A stretch of DNA of 64,000 bases from Deltaproteobacteria bacterium (GTDB lineage: Bacteria > Desulfobacterota > Desulfomonilia > UBA1062): NCBI GenBank assembly GCA_017992605.1, contig JAGOOG010000003.1, forward strand, positions 76,161-140,160, written 5' to 3'. The translations under genes were made by a program, and so were the position numbers. The notes beneath the pieces were generated by a model, which did not search any database, had not been told where the DNA came from, and saw nothing but the letters and a program-made list of their open reading frames with translations. Shown piece after piece: positions 46,990-55,401 of this stretch; the stretch's first letter is position 1; each line of letters opens with the position of its first letter.

Positions 46990-48300
46990 ATGTCCCGCTT
47001 CGCGCTCTTCATCACGGGCTTCATGATCGTCATTTCCCCCTCTCTTCCGGGTGACGGCCATGCCCGGGACCTGTACTTCTCCCCGCTCTTTTCCTATGAA
47101 TCCGGTGACGGCGGACCCGCCTTCGACGGGCTGGGCCCGGTCCTGGACTTCTCCGGCACGCACACGGCCGTCAGGCCCTTGTACTACCGGGACCGGGAAA
47201 ACGAGACCTCGTGCATAGTGTACCCCCTGGGCAAGACCACCCCCGACCACGCCTACTTCGCGCCGTTCATGCGGTGGAGAACGGAAGGGGACAACTCCTC
47301 GTTCGACCTCTTCCCGTACTTCTCCGGCACGCACGAAGGCAGGAATTATTCCGGGCTCTTCCCTCTGTACGGGAAGGCCTATCACCGGTACGGCTACGAC
47401 GAGGCCAGGTTCGCGCTCTGGCCTCTGTACACGGAGACGCAGAGGGATGGGGGTACGACCTACACCCTCCTCTGGCCTGTCTTCTCGTACCGCAACCACG
47501 AGCTGTTCAGGGTCTTCCCCCTCTACGGGACCGAGAACAGCGCCGATTCCGCATACACCTTCGCGCTCTGGCCCGTGTTCCACCACGAACAGCGCACAGA
47601 CGGGGGCGGCATGGCTGCGGTGCTGCCGCTCTTCCGCACCGAGTACGGCCCGGCCCACTGGAACGCATCTGTGCTGTGGCCCTTCTTCACCTACAACCGG
47701 GATGAAGCGGCCAAGCACACAAGCCTGGACCTCCCCTGGCCCGTCATACGGCTGGCGCGGGGCGGCTACGAGGAGACGAGGATCTTTCCACTGTACTGGT
47801 TCAAGGACGAGGGACCGAAGTTCCGCCGCCTGGCAGTCCTGTGGCCCCTGTGGGTGAGCGTGTCGAGCTCGGGCCGGTATCCGGGCGAGCACGAGAAGAC
47901 GACATCGGTGCTCGTCCTGAACCGCCTCACCGAGAAGACCTCCGGAACCACCACCACCAGCAGGAGCCTCACCGTCTGGCCGCTGGTGCACTGCACGCGG
48001 GAGCAGGAGAAGCGTACCTGGTCCTTTCCCGCCCTGATCCCCTTCTACGGGGACGAGGGGTTCAACAGGACCTGGGGAGATCTCCTCACCCTGGCCAGGG
48101 GATCGAGGGACGGTTCATCATCCTGCACGAACATCCTCTGGAAGTCTTTCTATCAGGAGCAGGAACCGGGCCGCTCACGATGGTCCCTCCTCTTCCTGGT
48201 CTCACACAGGGAAACGCCCGAGTATACGGAGTGGGGCTTCCTGGGAAACCTCATCCGCTTCAGGGGCATGCCAGGGCCTGCACAGCAGGCATTGCCCTGA
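46990..48300 (+). CDS. hypothetical exported repeat protein (about 17 copies of a hydrophobic-x-P-hydrophobic-aromatic motif)
   Basis: N-terminal hydrophobic segment, then repeats such as LFPLYG, LWPLYT, LWPVFS, VFPLYG, LWPVFH, VLPLFR, LWPFFT, IFPLYW and LWPLWV every 15-25 aa. Starts 3 nt after the MCE gene. Confidence 0.55.
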   Translation: MSRFALFITGFMIVISPSLPGDGHARDLYFSPLFSYESGDGGPAFDGLGPVLDFSGTHTAVRPLYYRDRENETSCIVYPLGKTTPDHAYFAPFMRWRTEGDNSSFDLFPYFSGTHEGRNYSGLFPLYGKAYHRYGYDEARFALWPLYTETQRDGGTTYTLLWPVFSYRNHELFRVFPLYGTENSADSAYTFALWPVFHHEQRTDGGGMAAVLPLFRTEYGPAHWNASVLWPFFTYNRDEAAKHTSLDLPWPVIRLARGGYEETRIFPLYWFKDEGPKFRRLAVLWPLWVSVSSSGRYPGEHEKTTSVLVLNRLTEKTSGTTTTSRSLTVWPLVHCTREQEKRTWSFPALIPFYGDEGFNRTWGDLLTLARGSRDGSSSCTNILWKSFYQEQEPGRSRWSLLFLVSHRETPEYTEWGFLGNLIRFRGMPGPAQQALP

Positions 48301-48406
48301 GGGAACGAAAGAAACCTGCGTCCCGGGACAATGATCTTGATTTCGTGATCTTTCCGGTACGGCGCTCCATGCCGTTACGGGTGAATCTGTTAAAAAATCC
48401 CTCGAC

Positions 48407-49708
48407 TCATTGTGAAGACTTTGAAACGAGGATCTTGTCTATGCGGTTGCCATCCATATCCATGATCTCGAAACGCATCCCGTCCGACTCGAAGCTTTCT
48501 CCAGTAGCGGGAATGCGCCCCATCTTTGAAAGGACATATCCGCCGAGGGTGAGGAATCTTCCGGATTCTTCATCAGAAAGCCTTGCAAGACCGAGGAGTT
48601 CCTTGAACTCCTCCATGAGCAGCATCCCGTCAAAAAGCCAGGAGCCGTCCTCGCGCTGAACTGCATAAGGCTCGTCAGGCTCGTCTCGGGACGGCATGTC
48701 GCCTACAATGGCCTCCATAATGTCGTTCAGTGTCACCAATCCCTTTACCGTGCCGTATTCGTCAACTACCAGGACGATGTGCGTGCGTTCCTCCTTCATC
48801 TTTTCCAGCAGTCTCAGGGCAGGCAGGGTCTCAGGTACAAACATCGGCTCTTGAAGGATGTCTCTGATATCGGGAGTTCCGCAGGTCAGGCACTGGCGCA
48901 GAAGATCCTTGGCACGCAAAATACCCTCAACGTGGTCCAGTTCACCCGTGCATACCGGGAACCTTGAATAAATGCTGCCGGACAGTTTGCTCAGATTCAT
49001 ATCCAGTGGATCGTCCAGATCGACCCATACAATGTCGAGCCTGAGGGTCATGAGAGATCCCACGGTTCGGTCACCCAGGCGGAACACACGCTTGACCATC
49101 GTGTGCTCCGCAGGTTCGAAGACACCGGCCAGGGTTCCCTGCTCAATCATGACCGCAATCTCTTTCTCCGTCACGGGCGGTTCTTCGGAAGCCCGAAGCC
49201 CGATGAGGCGTGTCACTACTTCAGTGGAGAGGGTGAGAAAGGAGACAATGGGTGAAAACAGCTTCGACAGCCACTTCATGGGGAGGGCAATGATGGAGGC
49301 AATCCGTTCCGGGCTGTGTAACGCAATGCGCTTGGGCACGAGTTCTCCGATGATGAGCGATAGATACGTTATGACGAGAACCACCATGCCCAGGCCTATG
49401 GATTCAGCATATGAGGCCAGCAAGGGAAAGGTCTTAAAATATGCGGTGAGCTTTTCTGCAATGGTGGCTCCACCGAAAGCGCCAGCCAGAATGCCGATGA
49501 GCGTGATCCCCGTCTGCACCGTTGAGAGGAAGCGGCTGGGTGATTCGGCAAGTTCAAGGGCTGTCTTCGCCTTGTGATCTCCCTCCCTGGCAAGCTGCTG
49601 CAGCCTGGCCTTGCGTGAGGCCACTAAGGCCACCTCGGACAGGGCGAAGATGCCGTTGATCACGATGAGCAGAAGGATTATGAGGGCTTCTTGAGACATG
49701 TCTTTCAT
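48407..49708 (-). CDS. CNNM/TlyC-family transporter-like protein (DUF21 TM domain + CBS pair + CorC/HlyC domain)
   Basis: N-terminal TM region LIILLLIVINGIFALSEVALV, CBS region, and C-terminal DGSWLFDG ... GESFESDGMRFEIMDMDGNRIDK. Confidence 0.85.
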   Translation of the reverse strand: MKDMSQEALIILLLIVINGIFALSEVALVASRKARLQQLAREGDHKAKTALELAESPSRFLSTVQTGITLIGILAGAFGGATIAEKLTAYFKTFPLLASYAESIGLGMVVLVITYLSLIIGELVPKRIALHSPERIASIIALPMKWLSKLFSPIVSFLTLSTEVVTRLIGLRASEEPPVTEKEIAVMIEQGTLAGVFEPAEHTMVKRVFRLGDRTVGSLMTLRLDIVWVDLDDPLDMNLSKLSGSIYSRFPVCTGELDHVEGILRAKDLLRQCLTCGTPDIRDILQEPMFVPETLPALRLLEKMKEERTHIVLVVDEYGTVKGLVTLNDIMEAIVGDMPSRDEPDEPYAVQREDGSWLFDGMLLMEEFKELLGLARLSDEESGRFLTLGGYVLSKMGRIPATGESFESDGMRFEIMDMDGNRIDKILVSKSSQ

Positions 49709-49848
49709 AAAAGGATCATCATCTTACCATGTTTGCATTCAATAACATAGACTGTACACATGACTTCGATCAGTCATCATGCGTTATGGTTTCCTGACCA
49801 TTCATCAGGCAACGGGTCAAGACCTGCATCGAGATACTGGCCGCGGCT

Positions 49849-49874
49849 TATGGTGAAAACACCATACTATGGTG
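49849..49874. promoter_or_regulatory. triple half-site TATGGTG-aaaa-CACCATA-c-TATGGTG (two overlapping perfect 7-bp dyads)
   Basis: Read directly from the sequence. Lies about 120-145 bp upstream of the -24/-12 element at 49994. Two 15-nt direct repeats, GGCACAGGGGCATAC (49886-49900) and GGCACAGGAGGATAC (49922-49936), follow it. Confidence 0.4.
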
Positions 49875-49993
49875 CCGCAACCTCTGGCACAGGGGCATAC
49901 TACACGCCACGGCATGCACCCGGCACAGGAGGATACAGTAAAAAATCAAAGCAATAGCAGGCCATTACAACATAATTCATGCCAAGGGAATGA

Positions 49994-50009
49994 TGGCATA
50001 GTTTTCGCT
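49994..50009 (+). promoter_or_regulatory. candidate sigma-54 promoter TGGCAT-agttt-TCGCT
   Basis: GG (49995-6) and GC (50007-8) have the canonical 12-nt register of TGGCAC-N5-TTGCW. The predicted TSS is about 33 nt before ATG 50053, whose RBS is GGGAGGAG. Confidence 0.45.
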
Positions 50010-50052
50010 TTATCATTGGCACATTGCACGGACACAAAGGGAGGAGTTGCCC

Positions 50053-51141
50053 ATGAGCACCTATCAGTATAACCAAGAGGCACTGAAGAATCTCCAGATC
50101 GAGGACACGAGCGTTCTTGACCGGCTCGTGGATTCCGAGTCCGCCCGTGAAGCGCACCTGAAGAAGGACCATGCGAAGGTCGACAAGCGTATGACGCTGA
50201 CGGAGGCCATAGCCAACTACGTGGCCGACGGCGACTGCATGACCGATTCGGGCTTCGCCTACGTCAGGACCCCACACCAGGCCTTCTGGGAGATCATGCG
50301 CCAGGGGAAGAAGAACCTCCAGTGCATCGCAGCGCCCAACACCAACCACAGCTTCCTCATCTTCAACAACAACTGCGACTACTCCCACAACTCCTACGTG
50401 GGCGTGGAGATGCGGGGCATCGACCGGAACTACGACCGCATGCTCAGGCAGGGCAGGGTGAAGATCCTCTCCGAGTGGAGCCACGGCGCCGTGGCCCTGG
50501 GCCTTAAGGCAGCACAGCTGGGCGCTCCGGGCGTGTTCAGCAAGCAGATGCTCGGCTCGGACATGCTCAAGTACAACCCCTATACCAAGGTCATGCAGAA
50601 TCCCATGCGGGACGACCCGGACCCGGTGGTGTTCATCCCGGCACTCTTCCCGGACGTGACCATCATCCACTGCCAGGTGGCGGACAAGTACGGCAACGGG
50701 TACATCTACGGCCCATCGGTAAACGACGTGGCCACCGCGGCAGCGGCCCGCAAGCTCATCATCACGGCCGAGGAGATCGTGCCCGAGTCCGAGATACGCA
50801 CCCGCCAGGGCACCATCATCCCCTTCTTCTACGCGGACGCCGTGGTGGAACTGCCCTTCGGTGCAGTCCCGGGGAACATGCCCGGCTACTACTACTGGTC
50901 CCGCCAGTGGTGGGAGAAGCTCATCCGCTTCGGCTGCGCCAGCGACGAGAACCTCAAGGTGTTCTTCGACGAATGGGTCCACGGCGTGAAGGACCAGTTC
51001 GAGTTCGTGGACAAGCTGGGCGGTGCCAAGTGGATCGCCGAGGCCAGGATACAGACCAAGGCCGCCGAGGGCGACCACGAGGACATCGACTTCTCGTATG
51101 ATGAATTCACCAAGACCCACGACCCTGGGCGCTATTACTAA
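50053..51141 (+). CDS. family I CoA-transferase subunit A (glutaconate CoA-transferase GctA-like)
   Basis: 363 aa followed 15 nt later by a B subunit. TLTEAIANYVADGDCM start typical of the A subunits. GGAGGAG RBS. Confidence 0.8.
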   Translation: MSTYQYNQEALKNLQIEDTSVLDRLVDSESAREAHLKKDHAKVDKRMTLTEAIANYVADGDCMTDSGFAYVRTPHQAFWEIMRQGKKNLQCIAAPNTNHSFLIFNNNCDYSHNSYVGVEMRGIDRNYDRMLRQGRVKILSEWSHGAVALGLKAAQLGAPGVFSKQMLGSDMLKYNPYTKVMQNPMRDDPDPVVFIPALFPDVTIIHCQVADKYGNGYIYGPSVNDVATAAAARKLIITAEEIVPESEIRTRQGTIIPFFYADAVVELPFGAVPGNMPGYYYWSRQWWEKLIRFGCASDENLKVFFDEWVHGVKDQFEFVDKLGGAKWIAEARIQTKAAEGDHEDIDFSYDEFTKTHDPGRYY

Positions 51142-51156
51142 GGACAGGAGGAACCC

Positions 51157-51948
51157 ATGAGAGACCTGAACGCACCTGCAAACCCCCTGGAGATGCTCGC
51201 ATACGTCCTTGCGCAGCAGATCCACGACCATAAGATCGTCTACATCGGCACCGGCATCCCCATGATCGCCGGGATCCTCGCGCACAAGACCCACGCCCCG
51301 AACATCACCATGGTCTACGAGTCCGGCGGCCAGGACCCGCTGCCCAAGGACCTCCCCTGGTCCGTGGGCTGCCCCTTCACCTGGCGCAAGGCACCGGTCG
51401 TCATGGAGATGGCCTACTCCTTCGCCCAGTGCGGCAACGGGTTCGTGGACATCGCCTTTTTGGGCTTCGCCCAAGTCGACATGTACGGCAACGTGAACAC
51501 GCACCAGATCGGGAAGGATCTCCTGCGCCCCACGGTCCGCATGACCGGCTCGGGCGGCAACAACGACCTGTCCTCCCTGACCGAGGAAGTGGTCCTCGTG
51601 GGTGTCCAGACCCCGGACAAGTTCGTGAAGAACGTTGACTTCATCACATCGGTGGGGCACCTCACCGGCGGTAATTCACGCAAGGAGGCCGGTCTCCTCG
51701 GCAAGGGCCCCATCGCCGTAATCTCCCAGTGCGGCGAGTTCGACTTCGAGCCGGCCACCAAGCGCATGCGCGTGAAGTCTCTCATGCCCGGCTGGACCTT
51801 CGATTTCACCCAGCAGTTCACCGGCTTCGAGCTGTTGAAGCCCGAGGGAGAGATTCCTCAGACGCCGGTGATCCCGGATGACATCCTGAAGCTTCTGAGG
51901 ACCGAGGTGGATCCGAGGGGCGTGTTCACCACCATGCCCACTGCCTGA
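51157..51948 (+). CDS. family I CoA-transferase subunit B (GctB-like)
   Basis: YIGTGIP and VYESGGQ (catalytic Glu context), plus GSGGNNDL. Confidence 0.8.
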   Translation: MRDLNAPANPLEMLAYVLAQQIHDHKIVYIGTGIPMIAGILAHKTHAPNITMVYESGGQDPLPKDLPWSVGCPFTWRKAPVVMEMAYSFAQCGNGFVDIAFLGFAQVDMYGNVNTHQIGKDLLRPTVRMTGSGGNNDLSSLTEEVVLVGVQTPDKFVKNVDFITSVGHLTGGNSRKEAGLLGKGPIAVISQCGEFDFEPATKRMRVKSLMPGWTFDFTQQFTGFELLKPEGEIPQTPVIPDDILKLLRTEVDPRGVFTTMPTA

Positions 51949-51987
51949 CAGGTCATGAAAACCTGCTCTTAGCCACCCCATACGAGG

Positions 51988-52017
51988 GCCGGGCAACCCC
52001 GAAGCGGGTTGCCCGGC
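51988..52017. terminator. 12-bp GC-rich hairpin between convergent genes (possible bidirectional terminator)
   Basis: GCCGGGCAACCC-cgaagc-GGGTTGCCCGGC lies between the CoA-transferase B stop (51948) and the rubrerythrin stop (52033). The flanking U-tracts are weak. Confidence 0.5.
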
Positions 52018-52032
52018 ATATCATCTCATCAG

Positions 52033-52530
52033 CTATTCGAACGTGACAAACCGGTCCTTCTTGGCCCCGCATATGGGACACTCTTCCGGCAGGATGCCGT
52101 CGGAGACGTACCCGCAGACATCACACACGTAATAGGTGGTCTGCCTTTCCTCCAGGACGTGGTCCATGGCTTCCTTGTAGAGCTTTGCGTGGATCTCTTC
52201 GGCATCCATGGACTGGCTGAAGTAGAGCGATGTGGCCCGGTCACCCAGTTCTTCGGCCAGCTTGATGAACGAGGCGTAGGCCACACCGGCCACCCTGGTC
52301 TCGGACTCGAAACTCTCGGCGAGGTTCTCCTCCGTGCTCCTGATCTCCTTGAGGAGCCTCAATGCCTTCTTCCCGTGGAGCTCCTCCGAGAAGGCGATGA
52401 CACGGAACAACTTGGCCAGCTGGGGATATCCCTCCTGCTCCGCTTTTTCCGCAAAGACCTTGAGCCTCAGGTGGGCCTTGGCCTCACCGGTGAAAGCCTG
52501 GTGAAGAGCGTTCCTGATCCTATCATCCAT
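52033..52530 (-). CDS. rbr: rubrerythrin
   Basis: Diiron four-helix motifs (GEAKAH, SEELH, EEIH) plus C-terminal rubredoxin-like CDVCG...CPICG. GAGGAG lies 7 nt before ATG 52530. Confidence 0.9.
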   Translation of the reverse strand: MDDRIRNALHQAFTGEAKAHLRLKVFAEKAEQEGYPQLAKLFRVIAFSEELHGKKALRLLKEIRSTEENLAESFESETRVAGVAYASFIKLAEELGDRATSLYFSQSMDAEEIHAKLYKEAMDHVLEERQTTYYVCDVCGYVSDGILPEECPICGAKKDRFVTFE

Positions 52531-53371
52531 AAAAAACTCCTCTCTTGGGATTCCTGCTGTTCTGCTCTGTCCTCCCATAATAATGCATGCCGGCCCGAAT
52601 ATCGACACCATTTCTGATGCCTATACGTGTCAGGGAGAAGTCGTATCGGACGGGGTCCTCGGGCGCGATCTTCCTGAACGCCCCGGTTATCTCGAGGGCC
52701 GTGCGGAGATCGGCCTGTCTGCGGGTGGTCATGCCGAGGGCCAGACCGACCCTGTGCATGTGTACGTCCACGGGAACGATGAGTTTCGAGGGGGAGATCC
52801 CTTCCCATCCACCCGGGTCCACGGCATCTTCCCTCACCATCCATCGCAGGAAGAGGTGCAGCCTCTTGCAGGCGCTCTTTCTTTCCGGGCAGGGCAGAAG
52901 GCTGTTCTCGGCAGCGAGCATGTGAACCCGGAGTGCCCGCACGAAGAGCTCCAGCGCCCGAGAGACGTCGGATTCTCCTTCGCTGTGGGCATGGAGAAAA
53001 CACTCATGGAGCGATCCGTAGAGGGATATGACCTTCCCGGCCGCAAAGAGGAGATCAATCAGATCCTCGCTGCCCGTGAACCTGTGCCTGAATCCGCAGA
53101 ATCTTTCCCGAAGATCCTCTCTGGATGCCCCTTGAAGAACCTGACAGGGTGACTCCCCCAGGCCATCGAGAACCCTCGCGACGCTTTTGAGTATCTGGCC
53201 CACCCTCCCGTAGGCGAGCGTAGAGGCGACGAGGCCGACGACTTCCCTGTCCTGCACGAGGGGGAACCTCCAGAGGAATTCCAACGGGTCGGGGTGGATG
53301 TGATCAGCCCTGTGGTATGCCGTGTAGATGTCTTCGAGAAATCTTTTCTTGGAGGATACGGTGAGCCTCAT
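52523..53371 (-). CDS. TIGR02757/DUF2400-family protein
   Basis: Recognised from memory by LAYGRV, CKRLHLFLRWMVRED.VDPGGW and VPVDVHMHRV. Overlaps the rubrerythrin start by 8 nt. Confidence 0.65.
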   Translation of the reverse strand: MRLTVSSKKRFLEDIYTAYHRADHIHPDPLEFLWRFPLVQDREVVGLVASTLAYGRVGQILKSVARVLDGLGESPCQVLQGASREDLRERFCGFRHRFTGSEDLIDLLFAAGKVISLYGSLHECFLHAHSEGESDVSRALELFVRALRVHMLAAENSLLPCPERKSACKRLHLFLRWMVREDAVDPGGWEGISPSKLIVPVDVHMHRVGLALGMTTRRQADLRTALEITGAFRKIAPEDPVRYDFSLTRIGIRNGVDIRAGMHYYGRTEQNSRNPKRGVFYG

Positions 53372-53463
53372 ACATTCACGTCTGAAACGGGTTCATCGAC
53401 AGGCAGAACCATGTCTTGACCTGCCGGGAGATTCTCGTCGCACATCGAAGACGGTCCCGCCCC

Positions 53464-53508
53464 GAGAAGAAACAGACCCGGGGACAGCACAGGACGTGCC
53501 CCCGGGTC
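53464..53508 (-). terminator. intrinsic terminator after rubredoxin
   Basis: Minus strand reads GACCCGGGG-15 nt-CCCCGGGTC followed by TGTTTCTTCTC. Confidence 0.5.
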
Positions 53509-53519
53509 ACCGGATTGCC

Positions 53520-53678
53520 TTATTCAGGTGAAAACTCGCTCTTTTCCGCACCGCAGACCGGGCAGACCCAGTCATCGGGAAGCTTGTCGAACGGGGTTCC
53601 TGGAGGGATGCTGCCCTCGGGATCACCCTTTTCAGGATCATAAATGTAGCCACATACACCACAAACGTATTTCTGCAT
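53520..53678 (-). CDS. rub: rubredoxin (52 aa; below the ORF-track size cutoff)
   Basis: Hand translation gives [52 protein letters not shown]. It has CxxCG and CPxCG motifs, and GGAGGG lies upstream of the ATG. Confidence 0.9.
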   Translation of the reverse strand: MQKYVCGVCGYIYDPEKGDPEGSIPPGTPFDKLPDDWVCPVCGAEKSEFSPE

Positions 53679-53733
53679 TCTACCCTCCACGGATTATATT
53701 CTTCTGGCTCGGTCTCAGGGAATGTACCCAACC

Positions 53734-54957
53734 TTATACCGCTTCACCCAATCGCTCCGCAACGGCTTTCCCCAGGTCGAAGCATTTCTGCAGGGTATCC
53801 CTGTCCGGCACGTATTTGGCCTTGAGCGGGTCGCCGATCAGGTCGACCTTCATCTCCAAGAGCAGGTCGTGTACCTGCTTGGGCGCCTCGCCGCTCCATC
53901 CATAGGAACCGAAGGCTGCACCGATGAGATTCACCGGCCGGAGTCCCTTCAGGTAGGTCAGCACATCGGCCATGGCGGGCAGCATGTTGTTGTTCAAGGT
54001 GGCAGAGCCTGCGATGAGGGCCCCTGCATTGAGAACCTCGTAGGCCACGTCACTGCGGTGGAACGACTCCATGGACATGACCTTGACCTGGGCCCCGCCT
54101 GCCGTGAGACCTTCTTCGATGGCCCGTGCCATCTTCTCGGTGCTGTGCCACATGGTATGGAACAGGACCACGGCCTTGTTCGTGGGCTTCTGTTCCGCCC
54201 AGATCTTGTACAGCCCCAGGATCCACGGGAGGTCCTTCCTCCACACCGGCCCATGGTCAGGTGCGACGGTCTGTATGTCAAGGCCCGATGCAGCTACCTT
54301 TTCCAGGAGTTTCAGGATGAGCGGCGAGTAGGGGAGCAGGATGTTGGCATAGTATGTCGCCGCCTCGAACTCGATGACGTCCCGCTTGATCTCGTCGGCA
54401 AAGCGTTCGTCAGTGGCCAGGTGCATACCGAAGGCATCCTGCGAGAACAGGAGCTTGTCTTCATGGAGATAGCTGAACATGCTGTCAGGCCAGTGCAGCA
54501 TCCGCGTCTCCATGAAGCTGAGCTGCATGTTTCCCAGACCGAGCTTCTCCCCGTCCTTGACCGGGGTGATCTCATCTTCTATGTGAAAATGCTCCTTGAG
54601 CGCCTTGACTCCCATCACCGAGGCAAAAACCCTCTCGGGTCTCACCTTCTGTATGACCTCTCGAAGGGAGCCGGAATGGTCCATTTCGGAATGGTTCGAG
54701 ACGATGTAATCGATCTCCCTGGGATCTATGATGCCTGCGATGCGTTCGAGCATCTCTTCCCTGAAGGGCGCCTTCACGGTGTCCACGAGGGTGACCTTGT
54801 CCGCCAGGACGAGATACGCGTTGTAGGTGCTGCCGCGCTTGGTCGTGTAACCGTGAAAATCCCGGATGGTCCAGTCGATGGCCCCGACCCAGTAAACCTT
54901 TTCACTTATCCGGATAGGTTTATAGACTCCAGACACAGTATGCTCCTTGCGATTCAC
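53734..54957 (-). CDS. flavodiiron protein (rubredoxin:oxygen oxidoreductase / FprA type)
   Basis: Metallo-beta-lactamase-like domain with NHSEMDHSG, followed by a C-terminal flavodoxin-like domain. Confidence 0.9.
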   Translation of the reverse strand: MNRKEHTVSGVYKPIRISEKVYWVGAIDWTIRDFHGYTTKRGSTYNAYLVLADKVTLVDTVKAPFREEMLERIAGIIDPREIDYIVSNHSEMDHSGSLREVIQKVRPERVFASVMGVKALKEHFHIEDEITPVKDGEKLGLGNMQLSFMETRMLHWPDSMFSYLHEDKLLFSQDAFGMHLATDERFADEIKRDVIEFEAATYYANILLPYSPLILKLLEKVAASGLDIQTVAPDHGPVWRKDLPWILGLYKIWAEQKPTNKAVVLFHTMWHSTEKMARAIEEGLTAGGAQVKVMSMESFHRSDVAYEVLNAGALIAGSATLNNNMLPAMADVLTYLKGLRPVNLIGAAFGSYGWSGEAPKQVHDLLLEMKVDLIGDPLKAKYVPDRDTLQKCFDLGKAVAERLGEAV

Positions 54958-54992
54958 ATGAGACCCCGTCTTATCACACGAGGCTGCCGCTG

Positions 54993-55367
54993 TTATGCCT
55001 TCCAGAGACCGTGAAGGTTACAATATTCCCGTGCCGTTATTTGGGCGGCTTCGATGCAGAACTCTGCCTCCGGCGCCTCTCCCGGTTTCAGGAACTTCCT
55101 GTAGGCAACGCCGTCAGCAATAACCTCGATCCACTCTATGTAATGCTTCTCCTCCATGGGATGGGCGACACCTCCCACCTTGACCCTGTAACCCTTGGCC
55201 GTCTTCTCGATGACCGGCACGTGTTTCTCCTTGGCCGCATCAACCGTATTCTCCTTGAAGAGCTTCATGGGCTGACCGCAGCACACGAGTTCTCCCTTGC
55301 CCTCATGGAGAACCTCAACGATATTCCCGCATACCTCACACTTGTACACTTCGAGCCTCGAGGTCAT
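54993..55367 (-). CDS. dfx: desulfoferrodoxin (2Fe superoxide reductase)
   Basis: N-terminal desulforedoxin CEVCGN...CCG, plus SOR domain KHVPVIE ... [12 protein letters not shown] ... CNLHGLW. Confidence 0.9.
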   Translation of the reverse strand: MTSRLEVYKCEVCGNIVEVLHEGKGELVCCGQPMKLFKENTVDAAKEKHVPVIEKTAKGYRVKVGGVAHPMEEKHYIEWIEVIADGVAYRKFLKPGEAPEAEFCIEAAQITAREYCNLHGLWKA

Positions 55368-55401
55368 CGTACTTCCTCCTTTATTAAGAATCGTTACTAT
55401 T

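Noticed and set aside
44540-47991. 417-aa (44540..45793) and 456-aa (46621..47991) minus-strand ORFs
   Set aside because: They are antisense to the TPR, MCE and repeat-protein genes. They show a compositionally biased translation with no start context or RBS.
50017-50028. TGGCAC-a-TTGCA, which contains perfect sigma-54 half-elements
   Set aside because: The GG and GC dinucleotides are 8 nt apart instead of 12, so it cannot be a functional -24/-12 promoter. The properly spaced element at 49994-50009 was preferred.
49900-51660. 586-aa minus-strand ORF spanning both CoA-transferase genes
   Set aside because: Shadow ORF. It crosses the intergenic gap of two well-supported plus-strand genes and is His/Val/Gly/Asp-rich.
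53722-55014. 430-aa plus-strand ORF opposite the flavodiiron protein
   Set aside because: Shadow ORF. The minus-strand frame has the diiron HxExDH motif and a flavodoxin domain.
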